Shown here in pieces: positions 1 through 10,049 of a DNA stretch of 39,154 nucleotides. The position numbers and the translations under genes were made by a program. This DNA is from Pseudomonadota bacterium. Lineage in GTDB: Bacteria; Pseudomonadota; Gammaproteobacteria; Burkholderiales; SG8-39. Each line of letters begins with the position of its first letter. Position 1 is the first letter of the stretch. Under the pieces are notes generated by a model, which worked only from the letters and a program-made list of their open reading frames with translations, was not told the DNA's origin and made no database searches. The DNA lies in assembly GCA_021813275.1 (NCBI GenBank), contig JAKALD010000003.1, forward strand, positions 1 to 39,154, written 5' to 3'.

Positions 1-1214
<1,214 letters not shown>

Positions 1215-1301
1215 GCTCGGCTGCTGGCTCGCCGGGACCTCGGCAGAGCGCCTGAAGGGCCCGCGCGCGGAGGGGATTCGGCAGTGGTCGAAAAACGCGA
1301 A

Positions 1302-1310
1302 ATTTTAGCA
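1302..1310 (-). promoter_or_regulatory. Putative extended -10 (TGnTAAAAT) for gyrA
   Basis: Minus strand reads TGCTAAAAT about 90 nt upstream of the gyrA start, in an otherwise GC-rich spacer. Confidence 0.5.
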
Positions 1311-1408
1311 CGCAGGGTGCGCTTCGAGACCGCGCTCCGCAGGAGCGCAACGCGCTGCCGCTGCGCTAGAATCGCCGCGAGGCCCCGCCGCGGCGGGGCC
1401 TTTCCTTC

Positions 1409-2755
1409 ATGGCCGATTCCTTCCTCATTCGGGCGCGCTGGATCGTCCCGGTCGAGCCCGAGCACGCGCTGCTCGAGGACCACGCCGTCGCGGTGAGCGA
1501 CGGCCGGATCGAGGCGCTGCTGCCGGCCGCGGAAGCGGCGCGGCGCTTTCCCGGGCGGCCCACCGTCGAGCTCGCCGAGCACGTGCTCATCCCGGGGCTG
1601 GTGAACGCGCACACGCACGCGGCCATGGCGCTGCTGCGCGGGATCGCCGACGACCTGCCGCTGATGCGCTGGCTGCAGGAGTACATCTGGCCGGCGGAGA
1701 CGCGCCACGCCTCGCCGCAGTTCGTGCACGACGGCACGCTGCTCGCCTGCGCGGAGATGCTGCGCGGCGGCGTGACCTGCTTCAACGACATGTACTACTT
1801 CCCCGAGGCCGCGCTCGAGGCCGCGCTCGCCGCGGGCATGCGCGCCTCGCTCGGCATGATCGTGATCGAGTTCCCGACCGCCTACGCGAGCGACCCGGAG
1901 GACTACCTGCGCAAGGGGCTCGCGCTGCGCGACCGTTACGCCGGGCACCCGCTCGCGTCGTTCTGCCTCGCGCCGCACGCGCCCTACACGGTCTCCGACG
2001 CCACGTTCCGCGAAGTGGCGAAGCTGTGCGCCGAGCTCGGCGTGCCGGTGCACGTGCACGTGCACGAGACGCTCGAGGAGGTCGAGCGCTCGGTCCTCGA
2101 GCACGGCGTGCGCCCGCTCGAGCGGCTGCGCCGCCTGGGGCTCCTGGGGCCCGAGCTGATCGCGGTGCACGCGGTGCACCTTGCGCCCGAGGAGATCGAG
2201 CTCCTCGCGCGGCACGGCGCGTCGGTGGCGCATTGCCCCTCCTCCAACCTCAAGCTCGCGAGCGGCTTCGCACCGGTCGCGCAGCTCGCGGGCGCGGGCG
2301 TGAACGTGGCGCTCGGCACCGACGGCGCGGCGAGCAACAACCGGCTCGACGTCTTCCAGGAGATGCGCACTTGCGCGATGCTCGCCAAGGCCGCGGCGGG
2401 CGACGCCGAGGCAATGCCCGCGCATGCGGCGCTGCGCGCCGCGACGCTCGCCGGCGCCGAAGCCCTCGGCCTGGGCGAGCGGACCGGCTCGATCGTCCCG
2501 GGCAAGGCGGCCGACCTGACGGCGGTGCGCCTCGCCGGGCCCGAGCTCTCGCCCTGCCACGACCCAGTCTCGCACCTGGTCTACGCGGCCGGCCGCGAGC
2601 ACGTCACGCACGTCTGGGTGGAAGGCCGCCCCCGGGTGCTTGACGGTGTGCTGCAAGGTATTGATTTGATGGACTTGGATTCCCGTTGCAAGTTGTGGCA
2701 GAATAGGCTTGCAAGTCGTCCTGTCTCCGCAACACGAAGAACTTCGGAAAAGTAA
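1409..2755 (+). CDS. TRZ/ATZ-family amidohydrolase (MTA/SAH deaminase-like)
   Basis: PGLVNAHTH metal motif, HVHET, HCPSSNLKLASG, GTDGAASNN; typical position next to ubiG/gyrA. Confidence 0.9.
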   Translation: MADSFLIRARWIVPVEPEHALLEDHAVAVSDGRIEALLPAAEAARRFPGRPTVELAEHVLIPGLVNAHTHAAMALLRGIADDLPLMRWLQEYIWPAETRHASPQFVHDGTLLACAEMLRGGVTCFNDMYYFPEAALEAALAAGMRASLGMIVIEFPTAYASDPEDYLRKGLALRDRYAGHPLASFCLAPHAPYTVSDATFREVAKLCAELGVPVHVHVHETLEEVERSVLEHGVRPLERLRRLGLLGPELIAVHAVHLAPEEIELLARHGASVAHCPSSNLKLASGFAPVAQLAGAGVNVALGTDGAASNNRLDVFQEMRTCAMLAKAAAGDAEAMPAHAALRAATLAGAEALGLGERTGSIVPGKAADLTAVRLAGPELSPCHDPVSHLVYAAGREHVTHVWVEGRPRVLDGVLQGIDLMDLDSRCKLWQNRLASRPVSATRRTSEK

Positions 2756-2767
2756 GAAGGGGATACC

Positions 2768-3427
2768 ATGATCAAGAAACTGTGGGCGCCGTTGCTGCTG
2801 AGCGCTGGTGTCGCGCTCTCCGCCGTGTCGGTCAACGCACTGGCCCAGGCCAATCCGAACGAGGGCTACTGGACCAGCAGCAATCAAAAGGACGTCTGGA
2901 AGAGCGGCACGGGCCTGTGCTGGCGCGCCGGCTACTGGACGCCCGCCATGGCGACCGAGGAATGCGATCCCGAGCTGGTGAAGAAGGCGGCGGCCCCGGC
3001 GCCGGCGCCCGCTCCTGCCCCGACGCCCGCGCCGGCGCCGCGTCCGGTCGCGCAGAAGATCACCCTCTCGGCCGACGTGCTGTTCGACTTCGACAAGTCG
3101 GCGCTCAAGCCGGCCGGCAAGGAGAAGCTCGACGAGCTGGTGGGCAAGATCAAGGACATCAACCTCGAGGTGATCATCGCGGTGGGCTACACCGACCGGA
3201 TCGGCAGCGTCGCCTACAACCAGCGGCTGTCGGTGCGCCGCGCCGAATCGGTGAAGCGCTACTTCGTCTCCAAGGGCATCGAGGCGAACCGCATCTACAC
3301 CGAGGGCAAGGGCAAGTCGCAGCCGGTCAAGACCTGCCCGCGCCACATGAAGAGCGTGAAGGCCCTGATCGCGTGCCTGGCGCCGAACCGCCGCGTCGAG
3401 ATCGAGGTCATCGGCACGCGCAAGTAG
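2768..3427 (+). CDS. ompA: OmpA-family outer membrane/peptidoglycan-binding protein
   Basis: Signal peptide, betaproteobacterial WKSGTGLCWR N-domain, PA-rich linker, OmpA C-domain (LFDFDKS, GYTDRIGS, YNQRLSVRRA, PNRRVEI); gyrA-ompA-ubiG-gph synteny. Confidence 0.95.
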   Translation: MIKKLWAPLLLSAGVALSAVSVNALAQANPNEGYWTSSNQKDVWKSGTGLCWRAGYWTPAMATEECDPELVKKAAAPAPAPAPAPTPAPAPRPVAQKITLSADVLFDFDKSALKPAGKEKLDELVGKIKDINLEVIIAVGYTDRIGSVAYNQRLSVRRAESVKRYFVSKGIEANRIYTEGKGKSQPVKTCPRHMKSVKALIACLAPNRRVEIEVIGTRK

Positions 3428-3447
3428 CTCCGCGCCTCGCCGACAAG

Positions 3448-3478
3448 AAGGCCCTGCCCCGGCAGGGCCTTTTTATTT
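3448..3478 (+). terminator. Rho-independent terminator after ompA
   Basis: AAGGCCCTGC-CCCG-GCAGGGCCTT stem-loop followed by TTTATTT. Confidence 0.9.
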
Positions 3479-3511
3479 GAACTCGCCCCGCCGCGGGCGC
3501 ACTAACCGACC

Positions 3512-4219
3512 GTGAGCATCGCGCCGAACGTCGATCCCGCGGAGCTGGAGAAGTTCAGCCAGCTCGCGCACCGCTGGTGGGACCCGCACAGCGAGTTTCG
3601 CCCGTTGCACGAGATCAACCCGCTGCGGCTGGCGTGGATCGGCGAGCATGCGGCGATCGCCGGGCGCAACGTCCTGGACGTCGGCTGCGGCGGCGGGATC
3701 CTCGCCGAGGCGATGGCGCGGCTCGGGGCGCGCGTCACCGGCATCGACCTCTCGGAGAACGCGCTCAGGGTCGCGCAGCTGCACCTGCTCGAGAGCAACC
3801 TCCCGGTGCGCTACGAGATGGCCGGCGCCGAGGACTACGCGCAGGCGCACGCCGGCGAGTTCGACGTGGTGACCTGCATGGAGCTGCTCGAGCACGTTCC
3901 CGACCCGGCGCGCACGGTCGAGGCCTGCGCGCGGCTCGCGGCGCCCGGCGCGCGTGTGTTCTTCTCCACGATCAACCGCAACCCGAAGTCGTACCTGTTC
4001 GCCGTCATCGGCGCCGAGTACCTGCTGAAGCTCCTGCCTCGGGGCACGCACGACTACACGCGCTTCATCAGGCCCTCGGAGCTCGCGCGCTGGAGCCGCG
4101 AGGCGGGGCTCCGCCCGGCCGAGCTGACCGGCATGAGCTACAACCCGCTCACCAAGCGCTATCGGCTCGGGCCGGACTGCGGCGTCAACTACATCATCTC
4201 CTGCGTGAAGGATGCCTGA
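3512..4219 (+). CDS. ubiG: Ubiquinone biosynthesis O-methyltransferase
   Basis: [38 protein letters not shown] motif, [11 protein letters not shown]. Confidence 0.97.
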   Translation: MSIAPNVDPAELEKFSQLAHRWWDPHSEFRPLHEINPLRLAWIGEHAAIAGRNVLDVGCGGGILAEAMARLGARVTGIDLSENALRVAQLHLLESNLPVRYEMAGAEDYAQAHAGEFDVVTCMELLEHVPDPARTVEACARLAAPGARVFFSTINRNPKSYLFAVIGAEYLLKLLPRGTHDYTRFIRPSELARWSREAGLRPAELTGMSYNPLTKRYRLGPDCGVNYIISCVKDA

Positions 4220-4877
4220 GCGTTTGACGGGTCTCGGCGCGGCCCTCTTCGACCTCGACGGCACGCTCGCCGACACCGCGCCCGACCTCGGCGCGGCGTT
4301 GAACCGCCTGCGCGCCGAGCGCGGCCTCGAGGAGCTTCCGGTCGCGGCCGTGCGGCCGTACGCATCGATGGGCGCGCGCGGCCTGCTGCGCGCGGGCTTC
4401 GGCCTGGCGCCCGAGGATCCCGGCTACGACGCGCTGCGCGACGCGTTCCTCGAGCATTACGCGGAGCGCGTGTGCGAGCGCACGCGGCTCTTCCCAGGAA
4501 TGCCGGAGCTCCTCGCCGCCCTCGAGGCCCGAGGCGTCGCCTGGGGCATCGTCACCAACAAGGCCGCGCGCTTCACCGAGCCGCTCGTCGCGGCGCTCGG
4601 GCTCGCGGGCCGCGTCGGCTGCGTCGTGAGCGGCGACACCACCGCCAACTCGAAGCCGCACCCGGAGCCGCTGCTGCACGCCGCGAAGTGCCTCGGCCTC
4701 GCGCCCGAGCGCTGCTGCTACGTCGGCGACGACCTGCGCGACGTGCAGGCGGCGCGCTCGGCCGGAATGACGCCGATCGCCGCGCAATGGGGCTACCATC
4801 CTCCCGATCACGGAGGCCCCCGGAGCTGGGGGGCCGACGTCATCGCGCATCCCATGGAGCTGCTGGAGTACCTATGA
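4212..4877 (+). CDS. HAD-IA phosphatase (Gph/MupP-like)
   Basis: [26 protein letters not shown] motifs; follows ubiG. Confidence 0.9.
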   Translation: MPERLTGLGAALFDLDGTLADTAPDLGAALNRLRAERGLEELPVAAVRPYASMGARGLLRAGFGLAPEDPGYDALRDAFLEHYAERVCERTRLFPGMPELLAALEARGVAWGIVTNKAARFTEPLVAALGLAGRVGCVVSGDTTANSKPHPEPLLHAAKCLGLAPERCCYVGDDLRDVQAARSAGMTPIAAQWGYHPPDHGGPRSWGADVIAHPMELLEYL

Positions 4878-5839
4878 AAGCCGTCGCCCACACCTTCGCC
4901 GACATCGAGCTTCCCAGGCCCGCGCCCGCCGGCCGCGACCTTCTCGTGAAGGTCGAAGCGGTCTCGGTCAACCCGGTCGACTTCAAGCAGCGCATCGCCA
5001 GCCCACCCGCGCCGCTGCGGGTCCTCGGCTGGGATGCGGCCGGCATCGTCGAGGCGGTAGGGAGCGAAGTCTCGCTCTTCAAGCCCGGGGACGCCGTCTT
5101 CTACGCCGGGGACGTGACGCGCCCGGGCTGCGACAGCGAGTACCACCTCGTCGACGAGCGCATCGTCGGCAGGAAGCCGAAGAGCCTCGATCTTGCGCAG
5201 GCGGCCGCAGTGCCGCTCACCGCGATCACCGCCTGGGAGGGGCTCTTCGACCGGCTGAAAGTCAAGGCGGGCGGGATGATCCTGGTCATCGGCGGGGCGG
5301 GCGGCGTCGGCTCGATCGCCATCCAGCTCGCGCGCATCGCCGGCCTCACCGTCGTCGCCACCGCCTCGCGGCCGGAGTCGGTCGCCTGGGTGAAGGAGAT
5401 GGGCGCCGAGCACGTCGTTAGCCACCGCGAGCCGCTGCGGGCGCAGATGGAGGCGATCGGCAGGAAGGAAGTCGAGTACATCGCCTGCTTCAACGACCTC
5501 GACCAGCACTGGCCGGCGATCGGCGAGCTGATCGCGCCGCAGGGAGGGATCGTCGCGATCGTCGCCAACCGCAACCCCCTGTCGATGGACGCCGTGCGCG
5601 CCAAGAGCGCGACGCTCGCCTGGGAGCTCATGTTCACCCGGCCGCGCTTCAAGACCCCGGACATGATCGAGCAGCACCGGCTGCTCGGCCAGGTCGCCGA
5701 CTGGCTCGATTCCGGGAAACTGCGCGGGACCCTGCGCGAGAAGCTCTCGCCGATCAACGGCGAGAACCTGCGCAAGGCGCACGAGCGCGTCCAGTCGGGG
5801 ACCATGATCGGGAAGCTCGTGCTCGCCGGCTGGAGCTGA
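4874..5839 (+). CDS. Zinc-binding alcohol dehydrogenase / quinone oxidoreductase family protein
   Basis: ATG 4874 overlaps the upstream stop (ATGA); SVNPVD, LGWDAAG, AAVPLTAITAWE, GGAGGVGS, GKLVL motifs. Confidence 0.9.
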   Translation: MKAVAHTFADIELPRPAPAGRDLLVKVEAVSVNPVDFKQRIASPPAPLRVLGWDAAGIVEAVGSEVSLFKPGDAVFYAGDVTRPGCDSEYHLVDERIVGRKPKSLDLAQAAAVPLTAITAWEGLFDRLKVKAGGMILVIGGAGGVGSIAIQLARIAGLTVVATASRPESVAWVKEMGAEHVVSHREPLRAQMEAIGRKEVEYIACFNDLDQHWPAIGELIAPQGGIVAIVANRNPLSMDAVRAKSATLAWELMFTRPRFKTPDMIEQHRLLGQVADWLDSGKLRGTLREKLSPINGENLRKAHERVQSGTMIGKLVLAGWS

Positions 5840-5895
5840 TCTGCCGGGTCTTGAAGCTGCGGCGTTCGCCCCGATATGGGAAACTGTGCAGCTTC

Positions 5896-6264
5896 GGGGG
5901 CGACCTGGTTTCGACGTGGGTCGCGAAGCAGCGCAGGGCATGCCGAGGACCAGATCACCTCGCAAATCCAGTCTGGAAACACACAAACGCCAACGACGAG
6001 CGTTTCGCTCTCGCGGCCTAACACCCGCGGGACGCTGCACTAGCCTGCTGATGGGCTAGGCCCTCGAAAGAGGGTGCAGCGTCATTCACATCAGCCTCTC
6101 TTCCGGGTCTGGCCGCTTGGCCCGGGGGATCCGTCGAAGCGGCTGGCCAAGCGTCAGCCCGCCGGCCGGCGGTCGCGAGGCGAGATCCAAATGGCCAGGC
6201 TAAGCATGTAGGCCTGACTGCGGAGGACTTACGGACGCGGGTTCGATTCCCGCCGCCTCCACCA
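5896..6264 (+). ncRNA. ssrA: tmRNA; tag peptide ANDERFALAA encoded at 5989-6021
   Basis: 5' GGGGGCG pairs with 3' CGCCTCC-A-CCA including the G3:U alanine determinant; GGTTCGATTCC T-loop; internal frame GCC AAC GAC GAG CGT TTC GCT CTC GCG GCC TAA. Confidence 0.98.
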
Positions 6265-6478
6265 TAAATTCAAAGTGTTATGTATTATTGGGGCGTTTTG
6301 GGGGCTAGACCCCGCCCTGCTGCGCCAGTGCCCAACCGATCCTAAGCACTTCCCGCCTGTGCCAGTACGTCCTGCGTCGCCTTCTGCTGCTTGTCCGGCC
6401 CATAGCCGCACTTGCGCAGGACGCGTACCCGTCAATTAAGCGGCTCGCTAGGGGTACGCCTCGCGGGCGACGTTGCAC

Positions 6479-9400
6479 CTAGGCACGCAGCACCGTGACG
6501 AACTCCGCCAGGATCGCAACACGTCCGGCGTCGTCTTCTGTGAGCACGATCGGCTGAAAATCCGGATTCGTCGGCGACAACACGACGCGCGTGTGCCGCC
6601 AGCCGCCCTCGTCGTTGCCCTCCTTCTCGGACGAGTAGCGCTTCACCGTGAACGCGCCGCCGGTCTCGGGGTCCGCAGGCCCCCGATACTGCGCGAGCAC
6701 AATCTTCCCCTGCCTCGTTCCAGCCGGTTTCGCCCGAAAAACGATGTAGTCGCCGTCTCGGATGGTCGGCTCCATCGACCGGCCAACAGCCCGGCACACG
6801 AACATCCGGTCGTCGATTCGCCCGACGCCGTCGGCCTCTACCCAGCCTTCGGGCTCCACGGCCTCGCCACTCCCGAAGTACCCTGCTGCGGCCTTAAGCG
6901 TATAGATCGGTAGCAGGGACCTGAAGGCATCGCGCCTCACGCGCTCGTCCTCTAGCGAGATCAAGCGGAGCTGCGGCTCCGGGCGGGCCCGAACCAACGC
7001 ATCGGAGAGCTCCGCCAGCGACCGGACACCCCCCGCCAGCGCGGCCTCCAACTTTCGTTGCTGCACGAACATGTAGCGCCATTGCCCATACTTAGTGGCG
7101 CTCATCTTCTCGCACCAGAGTCGTGCCGCCTCGCTCTTCAACGCCGTGTTCGGCCGAATCTCGCCTTTGGTCTCCGCGAGCCACATGACCTCGCGACCGT
7201 CCTGGTCGCGCGCAGCGATCATAAAGTCCGGGTAATACTGCCGCGGCCGGTTGCTCTCATAGTAGGTGACGGAGAACCCCAGCCGCTCGTTCTTGAAGTA
7301 GCGGACGACGTCCTTCGCGCCATCGAGGAAATCGGCGAAGCGCTTCTCGAGGTCCGTGTGACACGGCACCTTGTTGGTATGACAACGCTTGCCCTCGGCG
7401 ACGATTCCGGTCCACTGGAAGCGGCGCAGGTTCGCCGAATCGAGCCACTCAGGCGATCCGAGGATCGGCACCGCCTCGACGCCCGCCACGCCTGAGCCGC
7501 GGATCGCGTTCTCCAGCACGTCCAAAGCGGGACCTCGCCAGTACGGGATGCCGATGTCGCGCGGGTCGCTTCGCTGTCCGCCGACCTCCATCGTTACCAC
7601 GCGCCGGTCGACGTATCGCCGGCTCACCTCAAGCAGCTCCTCGAACGTGGGGCCAATGCCAAGCTCCGCCGCCTCTCCTGGGTTGGTCTGCTGGTGCAGT
7701 TCCTCGGCAATGCGGAAGGCGCTTCGCAGTGTCGGCCACTCGGCACGGAACTCCTCGAGATGCATCACGATCTCCGGTGCGCCGCCCACGACGGGTCTCA
7801 TCCGCACGTCCGGAGGCGTCTCTTTCGGGTTGATCCGGATCTGCGGCAAGTCCTCCACCCGGATCAAGTCCGCCAGCGACTCCGCCACGCCGACCGCCCA
7901 CGACCGCACGTTCGGCACCTGCACGCGGTACTTCGCCTTCTTCGGATCGGCCTCGATCCAGACCGGCTTCTGGCCCCACTCGCCGGTCTTGGGACGCTTG
8001 CGCTTCTCGACCGGGAAACCGACGAAGGGGATGCCGAAGGCGTCCACCGTCTCCTCGCTTCCCTCCGATCGTTCCTCGATCGGCTGGTTCAGCACGTCGT
8101 AGTTCGTGCGCCGCAATCCTCGACCGATGATTTGCTCGGTAAGGAGCGGCGAACCGAAGGCGCGCAGGCCGAGGATGTGCGTGACGCTCTTCACGTCCCA
8201 GCCCTCGGAGAGCATGTTCACGCTCACGATGGCGCGCACGTGCTCGCCAGGCTTTCCCTTCGAACCGACGGTGTTCACCATTTCGCGCAGCACCGCTTCG
8301 TTGCCCTTGTCGGCGTCGAAGACCTTGGAGTCGATCGGGATCGTCATCCAGCGCGTGCGGTCGTCGTCGTCCGGGTTGCGCAGCAGCTCGTACTCTCGGG
8401 TGAGGTGCTCGAAGAGCCACGCTGCACGCTGGGCACTGTCCGTCACGCAAAGGAGCACGGGGCTCGGCCCGGCCCGCATCGTCTCGAACGTGCCCGACCA
8501 CTCGTCGTGATCCTTCCTCCACGAGGAATAGATGCTCGCGATCGCGCCCTTGCAAGCGCGCAGGTACTCCTCCTTGGTCCTGGCGCCCTTCACCAGATCC
8601 CACAAGTCGAGATACACCCGCCCGTGCTCGTCCGGGTCGGGCAGGCGCACGACCTTCACCAGCCCAGACTCGAACGCGTCGTAGACCGAGAAATCGCAAA
8701 CCAGCCATTCGAAGAGCGTGCCCTCCGGCTTCGGCGAGCCGGAGCCGTACCAGGGCGTCGCCGACAGGTCGATCACCAGGCTCACGCGCGCGGCCTTGCC
8801 GATGCGCTGGAGGATCTTGCTCCACTTGATGTGTTCGGGCTCCTCACCCTTCCGGCCGCGCTTCTCGCCGTAGACGTGGTGCGCCTCGTCGTTGATCACC
8901 ACGAGGTCGCGCCATCCGCCGAGCAGCCGCCGGATCGGCGCGTTCGGGTCTTGCCGGGCACGACGCTGCATAGCGCGCAGCACCGCCTGCGGGACGAACC
9001 GCCCCTCCTCGAGCGGCACCTCGCCCTCGCCGATCCAATCCTCGCGCTTGTTCTCGAGTGGGATGCCCTGCCAGTTGCGCACCAGCACGTTCGGGTGGAA
9101 CTCCTCCCGGTACTCCGGCGGCACCATCTCGAAGCCGTCGTACAGGTTATGCTCGCCAGACGGCTCGAGCCCGTCGCCGCGCGGCTGCCCGCGCACTCTA
9201 TCGCGCACCGTAAGGTTCGGCACAAGCACCAGAAAGTTCGCCGAGAGCGACGAGCCGCTCACCTTGCGCTTGTGCAGCGTCGCCCAGGTGACGAAGAGCG
9301 CCATCACCACGGTCTTGCCGGTCCCGGTCGCGAGCTTAAGTGCGTAGCGCACCAGGTCGCCAGTCTCCGGCATCTTCCTCCGGCCCTGCACCTCGTACAG

Positions 9401-9799
9401 GTAGATGACCGTCTCGACCGCCTCCTGCTGGCAGAAGAAGAAGCGCTTGCCAGTCGCCTGGCGCTCCTCGTCGCGCTCGAACCACCACTCGAGCAGCCGC
9501 CGCGTCACCACCGCCGTGCCCTGGTAGCCGGCCTCGCGCCACGCGCGCACTTCGTTGCGGAGTTGGTTGACGAACTCGTTGAGTTCGGCAGCAGAGGCCG
9601 AGAGGTCGTCGAACAGCTGCGCTTCCTTCCCGACGACGCCGGCGATGCCGCCCTTCACGTCCTTGGCGGAGGCGAGGAAGCGCATAGAGGGACGGCGAGT
9701 CTCGACGCGCTTCGAGCGCCCGCCCGGCAGGAGCTGGTAGTGTCGGTCCGGCTCGCGGAAGGCGTCGCAGATGACGACCCGATCGACAACGTAAGCCAC
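6479..9799 (-). CDS. Type III-like restriction subunit (SF2 helicase + PD-(D/E)xK nuclease) with C-terminal S24 peptidase domain
   Basis: ATGTGKT Walker A, DEAHH, SAT, MLSEGWD, QIIGRGLR helicase motifs; YYPDF...AETKG nuclease; C-terminal AAAG...GRSMEP...TVKR LexA-type peptidase motifs. Confidence 0.88.
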   Translation of the reverse strand: MAYVVDRVVICDAFREPDRHYQLLPGGRSKRVETRRPSMRFLASAKDVKGGIAGVVGKEAQLFDDLSASAAELNEFVNQLRNEVRAWREAGYQGTAVVTRRLLEWWFERDEERQATGKRFFFCQQEAVETVIYLYEVQGRRKMPETGDLVRYALKLATGTGKTVVMALFVTWATLHKRKVSGSSLSANFLVLVPNLTVRDRVRGQPRGDGLEPSGEHNLYDGFEMVPPEYREEFHPNVLVRNWQGIPLENKREDWIGEGEVPLEEGRFVPQAVLRAMQRRARQDPNAPIRRLLGGWRDLVVINDEAHHVYGEKRGRKGEEPEHIKWSKILQRIGKAARVSLVIDLSATPWYGSGSPKPEGTLFEWLVCDFSVYDAFESGLVKVVRLPDPDEHGRVYLDLWDLVKGARTKEEYLRACKGAIASIYSSWRKDHDEWSGTFETMRAGPSPVLLCVTDSAQRAAWLFEHLTREYELLRNPDDDDRTRWMTIPIDSKVFDADKGNEAVLREMVNTVGSKGKPGEHVRAIVSVNMLSEGWDVKSVTHILGLRAFGSPLLTEQIIGRGLRRTNYDVLNQPIEERSEGSEETVDAFGIPFVGFPVEKRKRPKTGEWGQKPVWIEADPKKAKYRVQVPNVRSWAVGVAESLADLIRVEDLPQIRINPKETPPDVRMRPVVGGAPEIVMHLEEFRAEWPTLRSAFRIAEELHQQTNPGEAAELGIGPTFEELLEVSRRYVDRRVVTMEVGGQRSDPRDIGIPYWRGPALDVLENAIRGSGVAGVEAVPILGSPEWLDSANLRRFQWTGIVAEGKRCHTNKVPCHTDLEKRFADFLDGAKDVVRYFKNERLGFSVTYYESNRPRQYYPDFMIAARDQDGREVMWLAETKGEIRPNTALKSEAARLWCEKMSATKYGQWRYMFVQQRKLEAALAGGVRSLAELSDALVRARPEPQLRLISLEDERVRRDAFRSLLPIYTLKAAAGYFGSGEAVEPEGWVEADGVGRIDDRMFVCRAVGRSMEPTIRDGDYIVFRAKPAGTRQGKIVLAQYRGPADPETGGAFTVKRYSSEKEGNDEGGWRHTRVVLSPTNPDFQPIVLTEDDAGRVAILAEFVTVLRA

Positions 9800-9813
9800 G
9801 AGTTACACTGCCG

Positions 9814-10026
9814 TTACGAATTCACCAGCGAATCCCACGCCGCTCGCCAGGTCGGCTTCTTCGCATTGAATTTGTACCAACGAAGTCCGCCGATGGAAAT
9901 AACGAGGGTCCCTTTGTGCTTTTTGCCCCATTTGTCCCACACCTTGATCGAGATCCCCTTCTTCCCTAGCCAGACAGATTCGTCGATGTCTAGCTTTGCC
10001 CACTTACTCGGTTTTCCCTTGGCCAT
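9814..10026 (-). CDS. Small basic Trp/Lys-rich hypothetical protein (70 aa)
   Basis: ATG with strong AGGAGG RBS; fills the gap between the MTase and Res genes in the same orientation. Confidence 0.75.
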   Translation of the reverse strand: MAKGKPSKWAKLDIDESVWLGKKGISIKVWDKWGKKHKGTLVISIGGLRWYKFNAKKPTWRAAWDSLVNS

Positions 10027-10049
10027 CCCTGTTTCCTCCTTTCGCTTCC

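Noticed and set aside
2985-3045. Tandem GCGCCG-like repeats in ompA (similar ones at 33370-33480)
   Set aside because: They encode ordinary Pro/Ala linkers.
6229-6435. 68-aa minus-strand ORF ending WWRRRESNPRP
   Set aside because: Typical spurious translation of the antisense of a tRNA-like 3' end; no integrase motifs upstream in that frame.
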